NCBI GenBank assembly: GCA_043228905.1
Contig: JBHGNT010000009.1
Coordinates: 1,302,001-1,366,000 of the forward strand
Direction: 5' to 3'
From: Azolla caroliniana
Taxonomy: Eukaryota > Plantae > Polypodiophyta
Length of the DNA: 64,000 bases
The notes under the pieces are model-generated. The model saw only the letters and a list, made by a program, of their open reading frames with translations. It did no database searches and was not told the DNA's origin. The translations under genes and the position numbers were made by a program. Shown here piece by piece: positions 49,734 to 60,910 of the stretch. Numbering within the stretch: position 1 is the first letter of the stretch; every line of letters starts with the position of its first letter.

Positions 49734-52700
49734 CTACAAATTCCATGGCATACTATTGTAAATACATTCATACACATTAGCACCAACAGTGTATAAACCG
49801 GAGCAGCTATTGTATTCTGACATTGGGACGTTGATGCATCTGACCAAATGAGAGTACATATACGCCGCTGGTTTGTCTTCTAACAGCCTGTACACATATT
49901 CGTAGTCATCTAGTTTTGCATAAAAAATGCCTTCGATGTAGAATGTCCCGGTAGATACAAAATTTCCCCATGCATCTACAATATTCTGCCTTGCACACTA
50001 TTTACTAACCGTGCACTTTAATATATAGAAATCAGCACCCTCTGAATTGCCTTCTTCAGCATTTACAGCGAAGTTATCCCCAACGTTCAGGACATCACTC
50101 AAAGTATCTCCAAGTCCCTCATATGTGAAGTCAGCATTCTGCCCTGTTTCTCCATCAACTGCTTCCTTATCATTCAGAGTGTGATACTCCCAATTCTGAA
50201 TGTATGCTTTGTTTAGACAATATCTCCAATTTCCCTGCACACAATGGAAGCAAAAACAAGTCAATTCTCTAACCGCAATACAATGACCATCCAACCTGGA
50301 ATAACCGCGAACAGCATGCAGAGATCGCAATTCGGGAATTCCTTGGCACTCCCAGGTCTTCTCCCTATTTACTTCATCTATCTTCACTTCCCAAAATTCA
50401 CGTTTGATATCTCGGACTTGCGAGGAATAAACACCTGTGGCACTCGTTGACATATTTGTTCTTAAAAATTCAACTACATGTGATGCACAATTCATGTGCA
50501 CACCATCTGTCTTTAGTTGTTCATGGGTAAGTGCCCGCTTTATAACAACCCCTGCACCATCATGTTCACCTTTACCATGGCCAGACCCAAAAAAATTCCA
50601 TCTCATCTCCAAACCTGTTATAGCAGGATACCTCCCCACAAAATAAAATGGACGTCGAGCCTTGAATTGTGACGCAGCTCCGTCAGACCAGACCCAATGT
50701 TGAGTAAGCTCCAAACGTTGAGCTAATAACCACTGCCAATGTAACTTAAAACAGTGTTGGACGAACAAGGTATCATGCTTCTTATCATCGGAAATAAAGA
50801 AATGAATTACTTTTTTAACATCACCTGAAACTCGAAAATATGTTATGTGCACAAAAATGGTTACCTGAACTGAACACCAATGCATAGATTGAATTTCATT
50901 CTGCTGCTTGAAAGTATAATTCTCTGCGAAATCTACTACTGAGACTACTACATCATTTGGGAAATCAGATATGCAAGTCTTAAACTAATGGGCCTGCCAT
51001 GAATAAATGAAGTTGTGTTTAATGAACTTTCCTAGAGATACTACAAACAGAGACACCAAATCCCTTGGTTTAAGCATCTTCCGAACTAGATCCTTTCTTT
51101 TACACACCTTTCCTTCGAAATTGGTGTTCACTGACTCAAATAACTTCACAGAGATCAATATTTCACTACTCAATTCATTTGGACACCACCTAAATCTAGT
51201 AGGGCCACAATCTTGACATAAACCCATGACACATTTATGAATATGGAAGATAGCGTCAGTTTCTCTCGGACACAATATTGAATCTAATAAATAACTCATG
51301 GAAGAGATAACGTGCTCAGATGATTTACACTCCTCTTGCAGGCTTGATCGACAGATTGGGCACCCACATGTGCAAACTGTATTAGTTAGGGATGCGCTAT
51401 GGTGACGTAGTAGATTAACAGAGTCCTTCAGAAAACCCATCTGTACATGGTAAATGCAACAACATGTGTATCGATCCTTTAAGCGTCTCACAAAGTGTGG
51501 CTTAAGAGACTCGAATGTTCGTAGTTGAACTTTGATAGTTGGATGCATTCGTTTGAACCTAATAAATAAATCGACCTGCGTAATAAAGGGGAATTAGTTA
51601 TTCTCGTAACTAGCTAACTATCCTAGTAGCTAATTAGCTATTCTCGTAGCTAGTTAGCTATTCTAGTAGCTAATTAGCTATCATGGTAGCTAATTAGCTG
51701 TCCTAGTAGCTAATTAGTTGTCCTAGTAGCTAATTAGCTATCATGGTAGTTAATTAGCTGTCGTAGTAGCTAATTAGCTATTCTAGTAGCTAATTAGCTA
51801 TTCTAGTAGTTAATTAGCTATCATGGTAGCTAATTAGCTGTCGTAGTAGCTAATTAGCTATCATGGTAGCTAATTAGCTGTCCTAGTAGCTAATTAGTTG
51901 TCCTAGTAGCTAATTAGCTATCATGGTAGCTAATTAGCTGCTCTAGTAGCTAATTAGCTATCATGGTGGCTAATTAGCTTTCCTAGTAACTAATTAGCTA
52001 TCATGGTAGCTAATTAGCTTGTCTAGTAGCTAATTAGCTATCATGGTGGCTAATTAGCTTTCCTAGTAACTAATTAGCTATCATGGTAGCTAATTAGCTG
52101 GTCTAGTAGCTAATTAGCTATCATGGTAGCTAATTAGCTGGTCTAGTAGCTAATTAGCTATAATGGTGGCTAATTAGCTTTCCTAGTAACTAATTAGCTA
52201 TCATGGTAGCTAATTAGCTGGTCTAGTAGCTAATTAGCTATCATGGTAGCTAATTAGCTATCATGGTGGCTAATTAGCTGTCCTAGTAACTAATTAGCTA
52301 TCATGGTAGCTAATTAGCTGGTCTAGTAGCTAATTAGCTATAATGGTGGCTAATTAGCTATCCTAACTAATTAGCTATCATGGTAGCTAATTAGCTATCA
52401 TGGTGGCTAATTAGCTGTCCTAGTAACTAATTAGCTATCATGGTAGCTAATTAGCTGGTCTGGTAGCTAATTAGCTATAATGGTGGCTAATTAGCTATCC
52501 TAACTGATAAGCTAATTAGCTTTTCTGCTAACTGAGCTAATTAACTTTCCGAGTAGAGTCAAAAAAAATGTTGAGATAAATGTAAATACCTGAGGTACAT
52601 CAAGAAGATGAATGGGATGCTCCTCGTATTGATTTCTTCCAACACGTTTCCTGCATAAATCCTTTTTATTGGGTGAAACCCTACTCTCATTAGTCCAAAA

Positions 52701-53339
52701 CATTGTGATTACATCCTTGATTTCAAATGTTATGGGTGTCATTGGCTTACATCTTGTAGTTAGCTTTAGTAGACTAGTTCCTTCACCCGAGGAAATTATA
52801 CGGTTCATTGTATTATACACTGTTTTTCTACTAACACCAATTACCTTAGATAGCTCACTGATGTTTATATCGTCAACATCACTATTAAGTAACATCATTA
52901 GACTAGACCTTTTTAAGACAAGATCATCTTCTGACCTGCTCATGGATACGAAACTATTACGAAGATTATTTACTAAAATAGATGATATGTTTGCATTAAG
53001 ACCATCACAATCAACTAAGTCCTTTATCGATGGATCATTACATATTCCATAAAGTACTACCTTCTTTTCTTCATTGCTGATGTGCTTGGTTTGAACATTG
53101 AAATAGTCTACAACCTTTCTCTCTATGATGGTAGTCGCATTACTTACATTCTCAGCTAAACTATCCTTACCTTTACTGAGTGTGGCTTTCGTATCCTTCA
53201 ACAATTGACAATGTTTCCTTTTTTTTTCTGCCCAATAGTTTCGTATGGCTTGTTGTGTCCTGATAACATCATCCCTATCCTTATGATCATTGAGGGGTAA
53301 TTCTAAACACCCTTCTTCCCCTTCCATTTGGCTAGACAT
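49734..53339 (-). pseudogene. Sola2-type DDD transposase, two exons (53339-52590, 51575-49734), 863 codons, two premature TAG stops
   Basis: The phase-0 splice gives HLLDVPQ|VDLFIRFKRMHP. Motifs TCCCIYH, VDFAENY..QNEIQSMHW, ISDDKKHD, WSDGAASQFK and FFGSGHGKGEHDGAG. The frame continues through TAG at 50985-50987 and 49998-50000. Confidence 0.88.
51604..52530. repeat. ~0.93-kb array of 20-bp units built on TAGCTAATTAGCT(A), inside the transposase intron
   Basis: Regular 20-bp period (14-bp core plus 6-bp spacer such as tcatgg or tcctag) within intron 51576-52589. Confidence 0.97.
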
Positions 53340-53674
53340 GTTAAAACCCTAAATTTCCAGAAAAAAAAACAAGTATTAAAGATGGCTATGGGCAACAACA
53401 ATACACAAAAATATTCCACACAATACACAAGATTAGACACAACAATACACAAGATAATCAATAAACAGAAAAGTTATTGCAATCCAAGACCGAACAGTAG
53501 AGGATTTCACTCCGTTGGATCCAACAGTTGAGGAGGCGATCCAAGACCGACCAATGGCAACAACTGAGTGTAGAATGTTGCCGTTGGATGAGTGAACTCC
53601 GTCAAATCGAAATGTGGAAGCAATCCGGGACTAGACAGTAGTGGCAACTGAGTATATAGAATGATGGCAATGGA

Positions 53675-54330
53675 GGAGAGAACCCCGTCAGATTGAACAG
53701 TTACCGATGATGCTTGAAACGCACATAGAAGGCACTTGAGAATAGAGTGGCATAGAGAAGAGAACCCCGTCAGATTGAACAGTTACCAATGATGCTTGAA
53801 ACGCACAGTAGCGGCCCCTGAGTGAGAGTGGAAAAGAGAAGAGAACCCCGTCAGATTGAATAGCTCTTTGATTATGCTTGGAACGCACAGTAGCAACCCC
53901 TGAGTGTAGAGTGGCAAAGAGAAGAGAACCCCGTCAGATTGAACAGCTCTTTGATGATGCTTGGAACGCACAGCAGCGGCCCCTGAGTGTAGAGTGGCAC
54001 AGAGAAGAGAACCCCCTCAGATTGAACAGCTCTTTGATGAGGCTTGGAACGCACAGTAATGGCCCCTGAGTGTAGAGTGGCACAGAGAAGAGAACCCCCT
54101 CAGATTGAACAGCTCTTTGATGATGCTTGGAACGCACAGTAATGGCCCCTGAGTGTAGAGTGGCACAGAGAAGAGAACCCCGTCAGATTGAACAGCTCTT
54201 TGATGATGCTTGGAATGCACAGTAGTGGCCCCTGAGTGTAGAGTGTCACAGAGAAGAGAACCCCGTCAGATTGAGCAGCTCTTTGATGATGCTTGGAACG
54301 CACAGTAGCGGCCCCTCAGTGTAGAGTGGC
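53675..54330. repeat. 83-bp minisatellite, about 8 copies, upstream of the transposase start
   Basis: Unit gagaagagaaccccgtcagattgaacagctctttgatgatgcttggaacgcacagtagcggcccctgagtgtagagtggcaca. Repeated mini-ORF starts fall exactly 83 bp apart. Confidence 0.95.
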
Positions 54331-55768
54331 GGCAGGTGGACTCGATAGGGTTTAGCAACAGTGGTAGCAACTAACCCACAGTACTCAACTAGAGATGGCC
54401 TACGTGATGTGGCAAAGGATCATGCATAATGGACCTAGGAATTCGATATATAATTTATGGTACACATTTATGGTGCACACATCAATTTATGTTGCACATT
54501 TATGGCACTCATTTACATATGTAATTAAAACACTCTAGTATTTTAAATGGTAGTTTTTTGCATACTTAATTTATTAATGATGGCTTTTTACTAAAATGAC
54601 TATTTATCAATGGTAGCTTTTTGCATAGCTAATTAGCTATGTCAAGGACATAGCTAATTGTTTCCACTCGTATGCTTCCACCCGTGGAGGGTTCCTCTTG
54701 TTTCTGGTCTTCCACCAGACCGTAGTCGTCACGCCCACTTGGCCTCCTTCCCGCGCTCACCGGCTCCCACCGCGTGTCATGGCTCGTGTACCTCGACTTC
54801 CAATCATGCCGACATAGCCTTTGCCCAAGTCGGTCTCGGCCGATCAGGTTCCGGTTCGATCGGGTCTGTTCCATGATCGTAACCGGCCGGTAAGTGTTCG
54901 ACTGAACAATCCCAACCTTGCTAGCTCTTCTTCGGTTCGGGCCCGGTTGACCGGCCCCCGCTCCAATCTTCTTCCGCTTCGTCTTTCGGTCGTGTTGGAT
55001 TACCGACCAGTTCGTCTTCCAGTCGGGTCAGTTCCCGATTCTCTCCTCTTTGTCGCTCCCAGCCTCCCTTTCGGTCCTTCTACACGTGCCCACTCCGGGC
55101 CTTGCATCCTCACGACCATCGCCCATCTCTCCGGTCTTATGTTGGTATGCCACCGCCGAAGTCTCCGGCCCCGGTGTCCAAGGATCTCTGCTCCGTCCGC
55201 TAGATCTTCCTTGTTCTCATTTTGGTCACCCGCCTTGCCGCCGCCACTGTCCGCCACTCTAGGTTTCACGCCGGCTCTCAAGCCGCCTACCGGAATCTCT
55301 AAAACCGATGTGGGTAAGGTCCTGGCACCGCCACTCGTCATGTCCGTAGCCACCTCCGTCCGGACTTCGTTGTCCGCGGCTACCTTGTCCTCGATTACGC
55401 AAGCCTCGATTACACTTGCCTCCTCCTCTTCCTCGTTCTCCTTGTCTTCATCTTGGTCACCTGCCTTGCCACTACCACCGTCCATCACTCTAGGTCTCAC
55501 GCTGGCACTCGGGCCAGCCCTCGGAGTTTCTAGAACCGGTGTGGGTAAGGTCCCGACACCATGCTTGTCTCCTCCCCACTTGATGTTTTGGGCCACCGTG
55601 TCCTGAATCCTCCGCCCACTATCGAAGTGGCGCTCCCTGCTCTGTAGTCACCGGCCTCATCCATGGCCCACGAGCTCTCCTCTGGCGGTAGTGCGTAGTC
55701 ATTCACGCCCTCTCTTCTCCGCCACTCGCGGGCCATGTTGTGGCCGACCGCTTCTCATCGTGTTGCCG

Positions 55769-56152
55769 TCATACCCAGTCCGTTTTTGCGTACATGTACG
55801 CCTCCAATAGAGCTCCCTCAAAGGACTCCCACGAATCGTGAGCTTCTCGATGCTCCTTGACCTCTCTGTGCGTCGATACGGCCGCCACTTGACAAAGATA
55901 TTCTAGCCTCATTGCTTTGTACACGCCCCTCTTCGTCATCTTGGCATTGTATGCTTCTAAGAATCTCGGGACATCATCCCCGATGAACCGGCCGACTCGA
56001 TCAACCACCCTCTTGATGGCTTGTTTTGGCGCATCTCGCCTCACCTTCTTCCGTCTAGCATCCATCACAATCTTTGCCATCATCTCCGCGAAGTCGAAGT
56101 CTTCGTCTTCCATCTCCGTCCTCCCTTGCCACCTATTCACATCGGGTTCCAC
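55769..56152 (-). pseudogene. Gag N-terminal remnant of gypsy element Y
   Basis: AIKRVVDRVGRFIGDDVPRFLEAYNAKM..SWESFEGALLEAY resembles the gag at 58784 (AIEAIVGMIGRFSGKDATSYLASYRAEM..TWEEFEGRLLEKY). Confidence 0.75.
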
Positions 56153-57003
56153 AAAGACGTCGCGGTATTCCGCGAGTACGTGTAAGATCTTAGGCGAGAC
56201 CGCAGGGATCTTGGACTAGGGAGTAGAGGGGGAATGGAAGCTTAGCTCGAGAGGAGAGGAGAAAGATTAGGACATAAACATAGAATGGATGGAACAAGAA
56301 GATAGATGGAGGCAAGATATACAACAAGTTATATTAAGACTCCACGAACGATTACAACCATGGCCGCATAGGCCACACCAAAACGACTACAAGAAAACCC
56401 TAACCGGATAAGTAAAGTAAAGAAGATGATGAAGAAGAAACCCTAAACCCGAAATGGTATGAAGAAGAAGAAGAATAGTAAAACCCTAAACGAAACCCTA
56501 AAATAGAAATAGAAACCCTCGACCTAAATGGTATACCTCTCTCACTCAAAATAGGCAACCCCCTTCACAAGAGACCCCTCCCTTCCTTTTATAGCCCAAG
56601 GAGGGAGGAAAGTTACAATGTGGGATAAATTCTCCCCCTTATTCTATACACTATTTTCCTACTATACATGTGCACATGTTGCACATTGCCAACTTGCCCA
56701 TTCCATTCCGATTTCACACCAAAGCCGGAAACCTTCACGACAACGCATGTTTGACTCCTTTTCCCCTTATGGCCGCAATCCTTCACGACATCCACCCCCA
56801 CCAAACCACACATCATCTGGTATGTTCCGGTATAGTGTAGTAGTGGGGATTCCGGTCCGCCCCTTACTCATTCTCTCCTGATCAGTCATCGACCGACACG
56901 TCAACCTCACCGTCTTCCTCTTCTGCTTTCCGATCCGGTTCTGGTTCATGCCGCTTCTTGAAGCCCTTGATCCATTTTCTTGCAATTGGCACCACCATCC
57001 TCA

Positions 57004-57545
57004 TGTTGGGAGACAGGTCCCTCCGGATGGGAAGAAGAGTATGAGCTGAATCAGATGGAACCAATGAGTATTTCGCCTGAGGCCGAGAATCGATTGTATA
57101 ACTAATTCTGGAGCCTATATTTTTAAATAGTCTAGATGTGCTCATTGAGGTTATATTTGTAAATAGTCTACTATGTGTATGAGTATATATACACTTAGGG
57201 CAAGTAGTTAGGAAAGAGTGATAATCATTATAGTTGAACAAGTTACAATGAGTAGTTGCCTTTGTAACTGTGAGAGTGAGAGAGTAAGTAAGAGTAGTAA
57301 CTCGATCGCCGTCTGTTAGACGAAGAAGAGCTCAAGGTTGATGCCTCCGAGTCTCCATGTACTCCTCTTCCTACACATCATGATTTGGTTTTCTTGGGGA
57401 TTGTGGACCCCTGTGGTTTTTCCCTTTCGGGTTTTCCATGTAAAACATCTGGTGCCTCTGCATTTTCTATTTCTTGTTGTCTGTGCACTGTCGTTTTTGT
57501 TTTTGCACCCAAGCATACATATTTTCTGTTTTTGGGTTGTGGTTG
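57004..57545 (+). mobile_element. 3'-truncated copia-type LTR
   Basis: Starts TGTTGGGAGACAGGTCCCTCCGGATGGGAAG, as at 36204. Interrupts the integrase tail of X. No CA end or TSD found. Confidence 0.7.
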
Positions 57546-57739
57546 GTGCTCGTTACCTCGTAAGGCCTGAACCAACGCCTCACGAACTTCCGGGTCGACC
57601 GACATTGATTGTTGAGGCTGCTGTCGTGGACCAACACCCAGTCGCCTTCCCCTCGATCTTCCTTGGCTAGAGTCGGTGCATCCGGTCGAAGCGGCCCTTG
57701 TTCTTCTTCCTTATCTCTTCCACCTGTCAAAGTAAACGT

Positions 57740-58089
57740 TGTCGCGGAATTCCGCGAGTACGTGTAGGATCCAAGGCGGGATCGCGGGGGTCTTGGACTA
57801 GGGAGTAGAGGGTACCGGGAGACTAACTCCCTCCATGACCGGCCGCACCAGACTAGCTCAAAACCGGAATGTTACCAGTTTGGGTACAGGAGGCTACTAA
57901 ACGGAAAAGAGGGTGAGATGGATAGAGAGAGAGAGAGAAGCTCTTCTCCTCTTCCTTTTTCCCTGTCCCCCTTTCTGGGATACGCACAATCCCCTCTAAT
58001 AAATACGTGTGGCTTAGTAGTCACATCCATCGGTTCGTGTACAGAGTATACAGTCACGCGTCCATCCCTGTAGGAGCCGGTTCACGCAC
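57740..58089 (-). mobile_element. Part of a gypsy LTR, interrupted by the element at 58090
   Basis: Begins TGTCGCGGAATTCCGCGAGTACG, related to the Y LTR end. Left flank ACGT. Confidence 0.7.
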
Positions 58090-58783
58090 TGTCGTGAAGT
58101 AAATCGTCCCTTAGCGCAATCGGTGCCTGGTGCGCATGAACCGGCTCTTCCCGCGTGCACGCCCTTTAATGTATATAAATGGGAATTAGGTACATAGGTA
58201 TATCTTGGGTAGTTAGATTCGGTAGGTAGGAAGTAAATGAGGGAGACGGCTCCCTTCTTGAAGCTATAAAAGAGAGGGAGACGCAGGAGAGAGGGGATCG
58301 CGCATTGAGGAGGACGAAGTGTTGTCGGACCGTAACCGAACGCTTCTCCTCTGTTTGTTCTCTGTTGCTCTTCTCTGCACATTTTCGGGAGGCTCGCGCT
58401 ACTTCGAGGAACGCCCGTGTGCTTCCGGCAGCACCTCCATCCTATCCCCTTTCGTGCGCAGACGAACAGGCATCGGCATCTGTTCGCCGGCCTATTCAGT
58501 TGTAACCGCCCGCGGCTCTGTTGTGTAATTGTTATTCGTTAATATACAAACTCTCGTGTCTCTCTGTCTCTGTGTCCATTCGTGTTTTTCTGCGTTGACG
58601 GGCCGTGTCCCTGTGTTTCTTTGCTCATACGTAACCGGTCGTCTCTCTCTTTCTCTTTCCCCTCCTATCACATGCTCTTCGGTTCAAGACCCCGGTGGTC
58701 CCGCCTCCTTTCTCCACACACACGCGTAATAACGCGACATATTTGGTGAACCCGACGTGAAACAAGCGGCAGGAGAGCAGAAG

Positions 58784-60910
58784 ATGAGGGGGTCGGATCT
58801 TGCAGAGGCCATGGCTTCGGCCGTGGACCGGATAGTGAGCGCACGCGAGGGCGCCGGCGCCCTTCAGAGGGCTATTGAGGCGATCGTCGGTATGATCGGT
58901 CGGTTCAGTGGAAAGGATGCCACGAGTTATTTGGCGTCCTACCGGGCGGAGATGTTGATGAGGGATATTCCGGAAGAGAGGCGTCTCGCCGGATTCCCTC
59001 GAGTGGCAATGCCGGGCATCCATGCAGAGGTGCTCGAAGTCCGGGCAAAGAGCCGGACCTGGGAGGAGTTCGAAGGACGGCTCTTGGAGAAATACGGGCT
59101 GGATGACGCGCTTCGACTTTCGAAGCGGGGCTTCATGGAGTGGGTGGAGTCCCCCAACAAAGGAAGAAATACGTCGGTACTCCTCCAGGAGTTTGAGGAA
59201 CGCTTTGCGCGCCTTTCGGCGCTCGATCGGACCGTTCTGGACACAAGTCGTGTCCTACTGTTTGTCAAATCGGTTGACGCGCGGGATCGGGGGCAAGTGG
59301 GCTCCTTACTGGAAACCGAAGACGGGCTGACGACCGACTGGGCCGCGGTAAAAAGAGTCTGCGGCCGTTTTGACAAACGGTGGGAGTGGGCTGATACAGA
59401 GGCGACCGGGGCGGGACCTGTCGCAGCAAGGAAGCTCGAACCGATACCGCATGCGCGAAGGGAAGAGACCCGGGAGTGGCTCAAAACCGGTTCGGCTTCG
59501 ACCGGCGTGGTAAGAGGCTCGTCCGGGAGAACAACTTTGGAGGAATTGACACGAGCGGTAAAGGATCTCCAGATCGCCTAGGCTCGGAGGGAAGGCGGCG
59601 ATCAGGCTCGTGACCGACGGCCTCCGGCAGGAAATAGGTGCATGTGGTGCGACGAGGTCGGCCACATCCGGAAAGACTGCGGGGACTTTGCGAAGGCTTT
59701 GAGAAGCCGGGTAGTGTACCTGTGGGAAGGTCGGGTGCACGCCAGCGATACCCAGAGGGCCCTTAACCGAAACGATGGGAGAGGAGGAATGAAAAGGCTA
59801 ATGGAAGAGGCGGCGGCCCGACACGCAGAGACCGTCCACTACTCAGCGTCAGCCAGTATTCGGGTCGGAGGCAGCGAGGCCCGGAAGGAGAGCAAAGCCG
59901 GGTTCTGGCCGACGGTGCTGGAAGGCCTCACCGGTGCCCGACTAAAGAAAGACGAGGCGGACCGCGCGGAGAAGCGGGTCCAGGGGGTAACCGGGTGGAG
60001 TGACCCGGTCGAAGAAAAGACGGGTTTCGTCGAAGCGGCTTGCCAGAACTACGAGGCTCTGGTTGAAGACAAACGGGTAGGTAAACCCGGAGGGGCCGGA
60101 CCCTCACAAAGATATGAAACCCGATTCGGGCCGAAATGGAATGAGGCCGGTGAGTCCAGTGCCCGGGATAACAACAAGAAGGGCGGATACCGTTTGGGCA
60201 CGGAGATCGAAAGGACCACGGACCTACGAAAGGTCCTGGAAGAACGAATCCTCGACAGCAAGGTTGAACTATTGTTGCGGGAGGTGCTCAGAATCGCCAA
60301 GAAGGAGTTCCACGACTCCATCGTAGACTTGGTGAAGAGGAAGAGGCTGTCAACGGAGGTAGAACCGGAAAGGTCGGCGGAGGTGCGGACGACGCACATA
60401 GAGGACATGGCGCTGGAAGACAAGTGGGCGGAGAGCCACTATTCGAGGCCACACTGGGCCTGAGCGACCATGGAAACCCCGGTGAAGATCGGAGATGTTC
60501 AGGAACCGGTGGTGGCGCTGGTGGACCACGGTTCGGAAATAAACCTGATGTCCATGGACTTCTACAAGAAGGGGAAATGGCCGATCAACACCAAGCACGG
60601 GTGGAAGATACGGGCGGCAACGCGCCCCACCGAGGAACTACACGGGGCCTGCCCAAACGTGCGAGTCAAGATCGGCGACGTCGAGATAGACCAGCACTTC
60701 TTTGTGCAGGAGACGTCCTCGCATCCGGTCATACTGGGAGAACCGTACATTACGGCAGCGCGAATGGAAACCAAGGTGCTAGACAATGGGTTGGCTTACG
60801 CTAGGGTCAAGAGTCAGGAGAGGCATCATTCGGTCCAGTTCCTGACGGTGCGACCGAACCACAAGAGAAACCGTGAGTCCCTCGGTGGCGAGAACCGAGA
60901 GGAATTTTAG
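58784..60910 (+). pseudogene. Gag-protease ORF with two nonsense codons
   Basis: A single frame through TAG 59579 and TGA 60461. Zinc knuckle CMWCDEVGHIRKDC; aspartic protease ALVDHGSEINLM...VILGEPY. Confidence 0.88.

Larger units (their letters stand above)
43232..54683 (-). mobile_element. Complete Sola2-like DNA transposon (11,452 bp) with accessory genes
   Basis: 25-bp TIR GGGT(AA/GG)AAGCAT(G/A)CGAGTGGAAACA at 43232-43256 and 54659-54683 (3 mismatches). Perfect 4-bp TSD GTGG (43228-43231, 54684-54687). GRG...CYC termini and the transposase motifs fit Sola2. Confidence 0.88.
30243..56742 (-). mobile_element. Gypsy element Y (5' LTR 56158-56742, 3' LTR 30243-~30690), host of Z and of the Sola2 element
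   Basis: Both LTRs share gagtacgtgtaagatcttaggcg..gaatggaagcttagctcgag.. Flanks are ACGT/ACGC (30239-30242, 56743-56746). Degenerate Trp PBS and a gag remnant. Confidence 0.8.
29435..57739 (-). mobile_element. Gypsy element X: 3' LTR split into 29435-30242 and 56747-56790, integrase C-terminus 56791-57739
   Basis: Reverse LTR begins TGTCACGG and ends CTTCACGACA, followed by the PPT complement TCCACCCCCACCAAACC. Residual peptides WVLVHDSSL..RKFVRRWFRPY and PIARKWIKGFKKR match the integrase tail at 6038-6304. Confidence 0.75.

Noticed and set aside
51604-52530. Palindromic repeat plus variable spacer resembling a CRISPR array
   Set aside because: Spacers are only ~6 bp and recur; this is an intronic minisatellite.
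53675-54330. CRISPR-like regular repeats
   Set aside because: Whole 83-bp units are repeated with no unique spacers, there are no cas genes, and the context is eukaryotic.
43232-54683. Alternative classification as CACTA, Helitron or Replitron
   Set aside because: There are no CACTA ends or HUH/helicase motifs; TIRs with a 4-bp TSD and the DDD motifs fit Sola2.
54821-55606. 261-aa plus-strand ORF and similar long GC-rich ORFs in Z/Y internal regions and LTRs
   Set aside because: These are antisense or shadow frames of repetitive retroelement sequence with no domain motifs.
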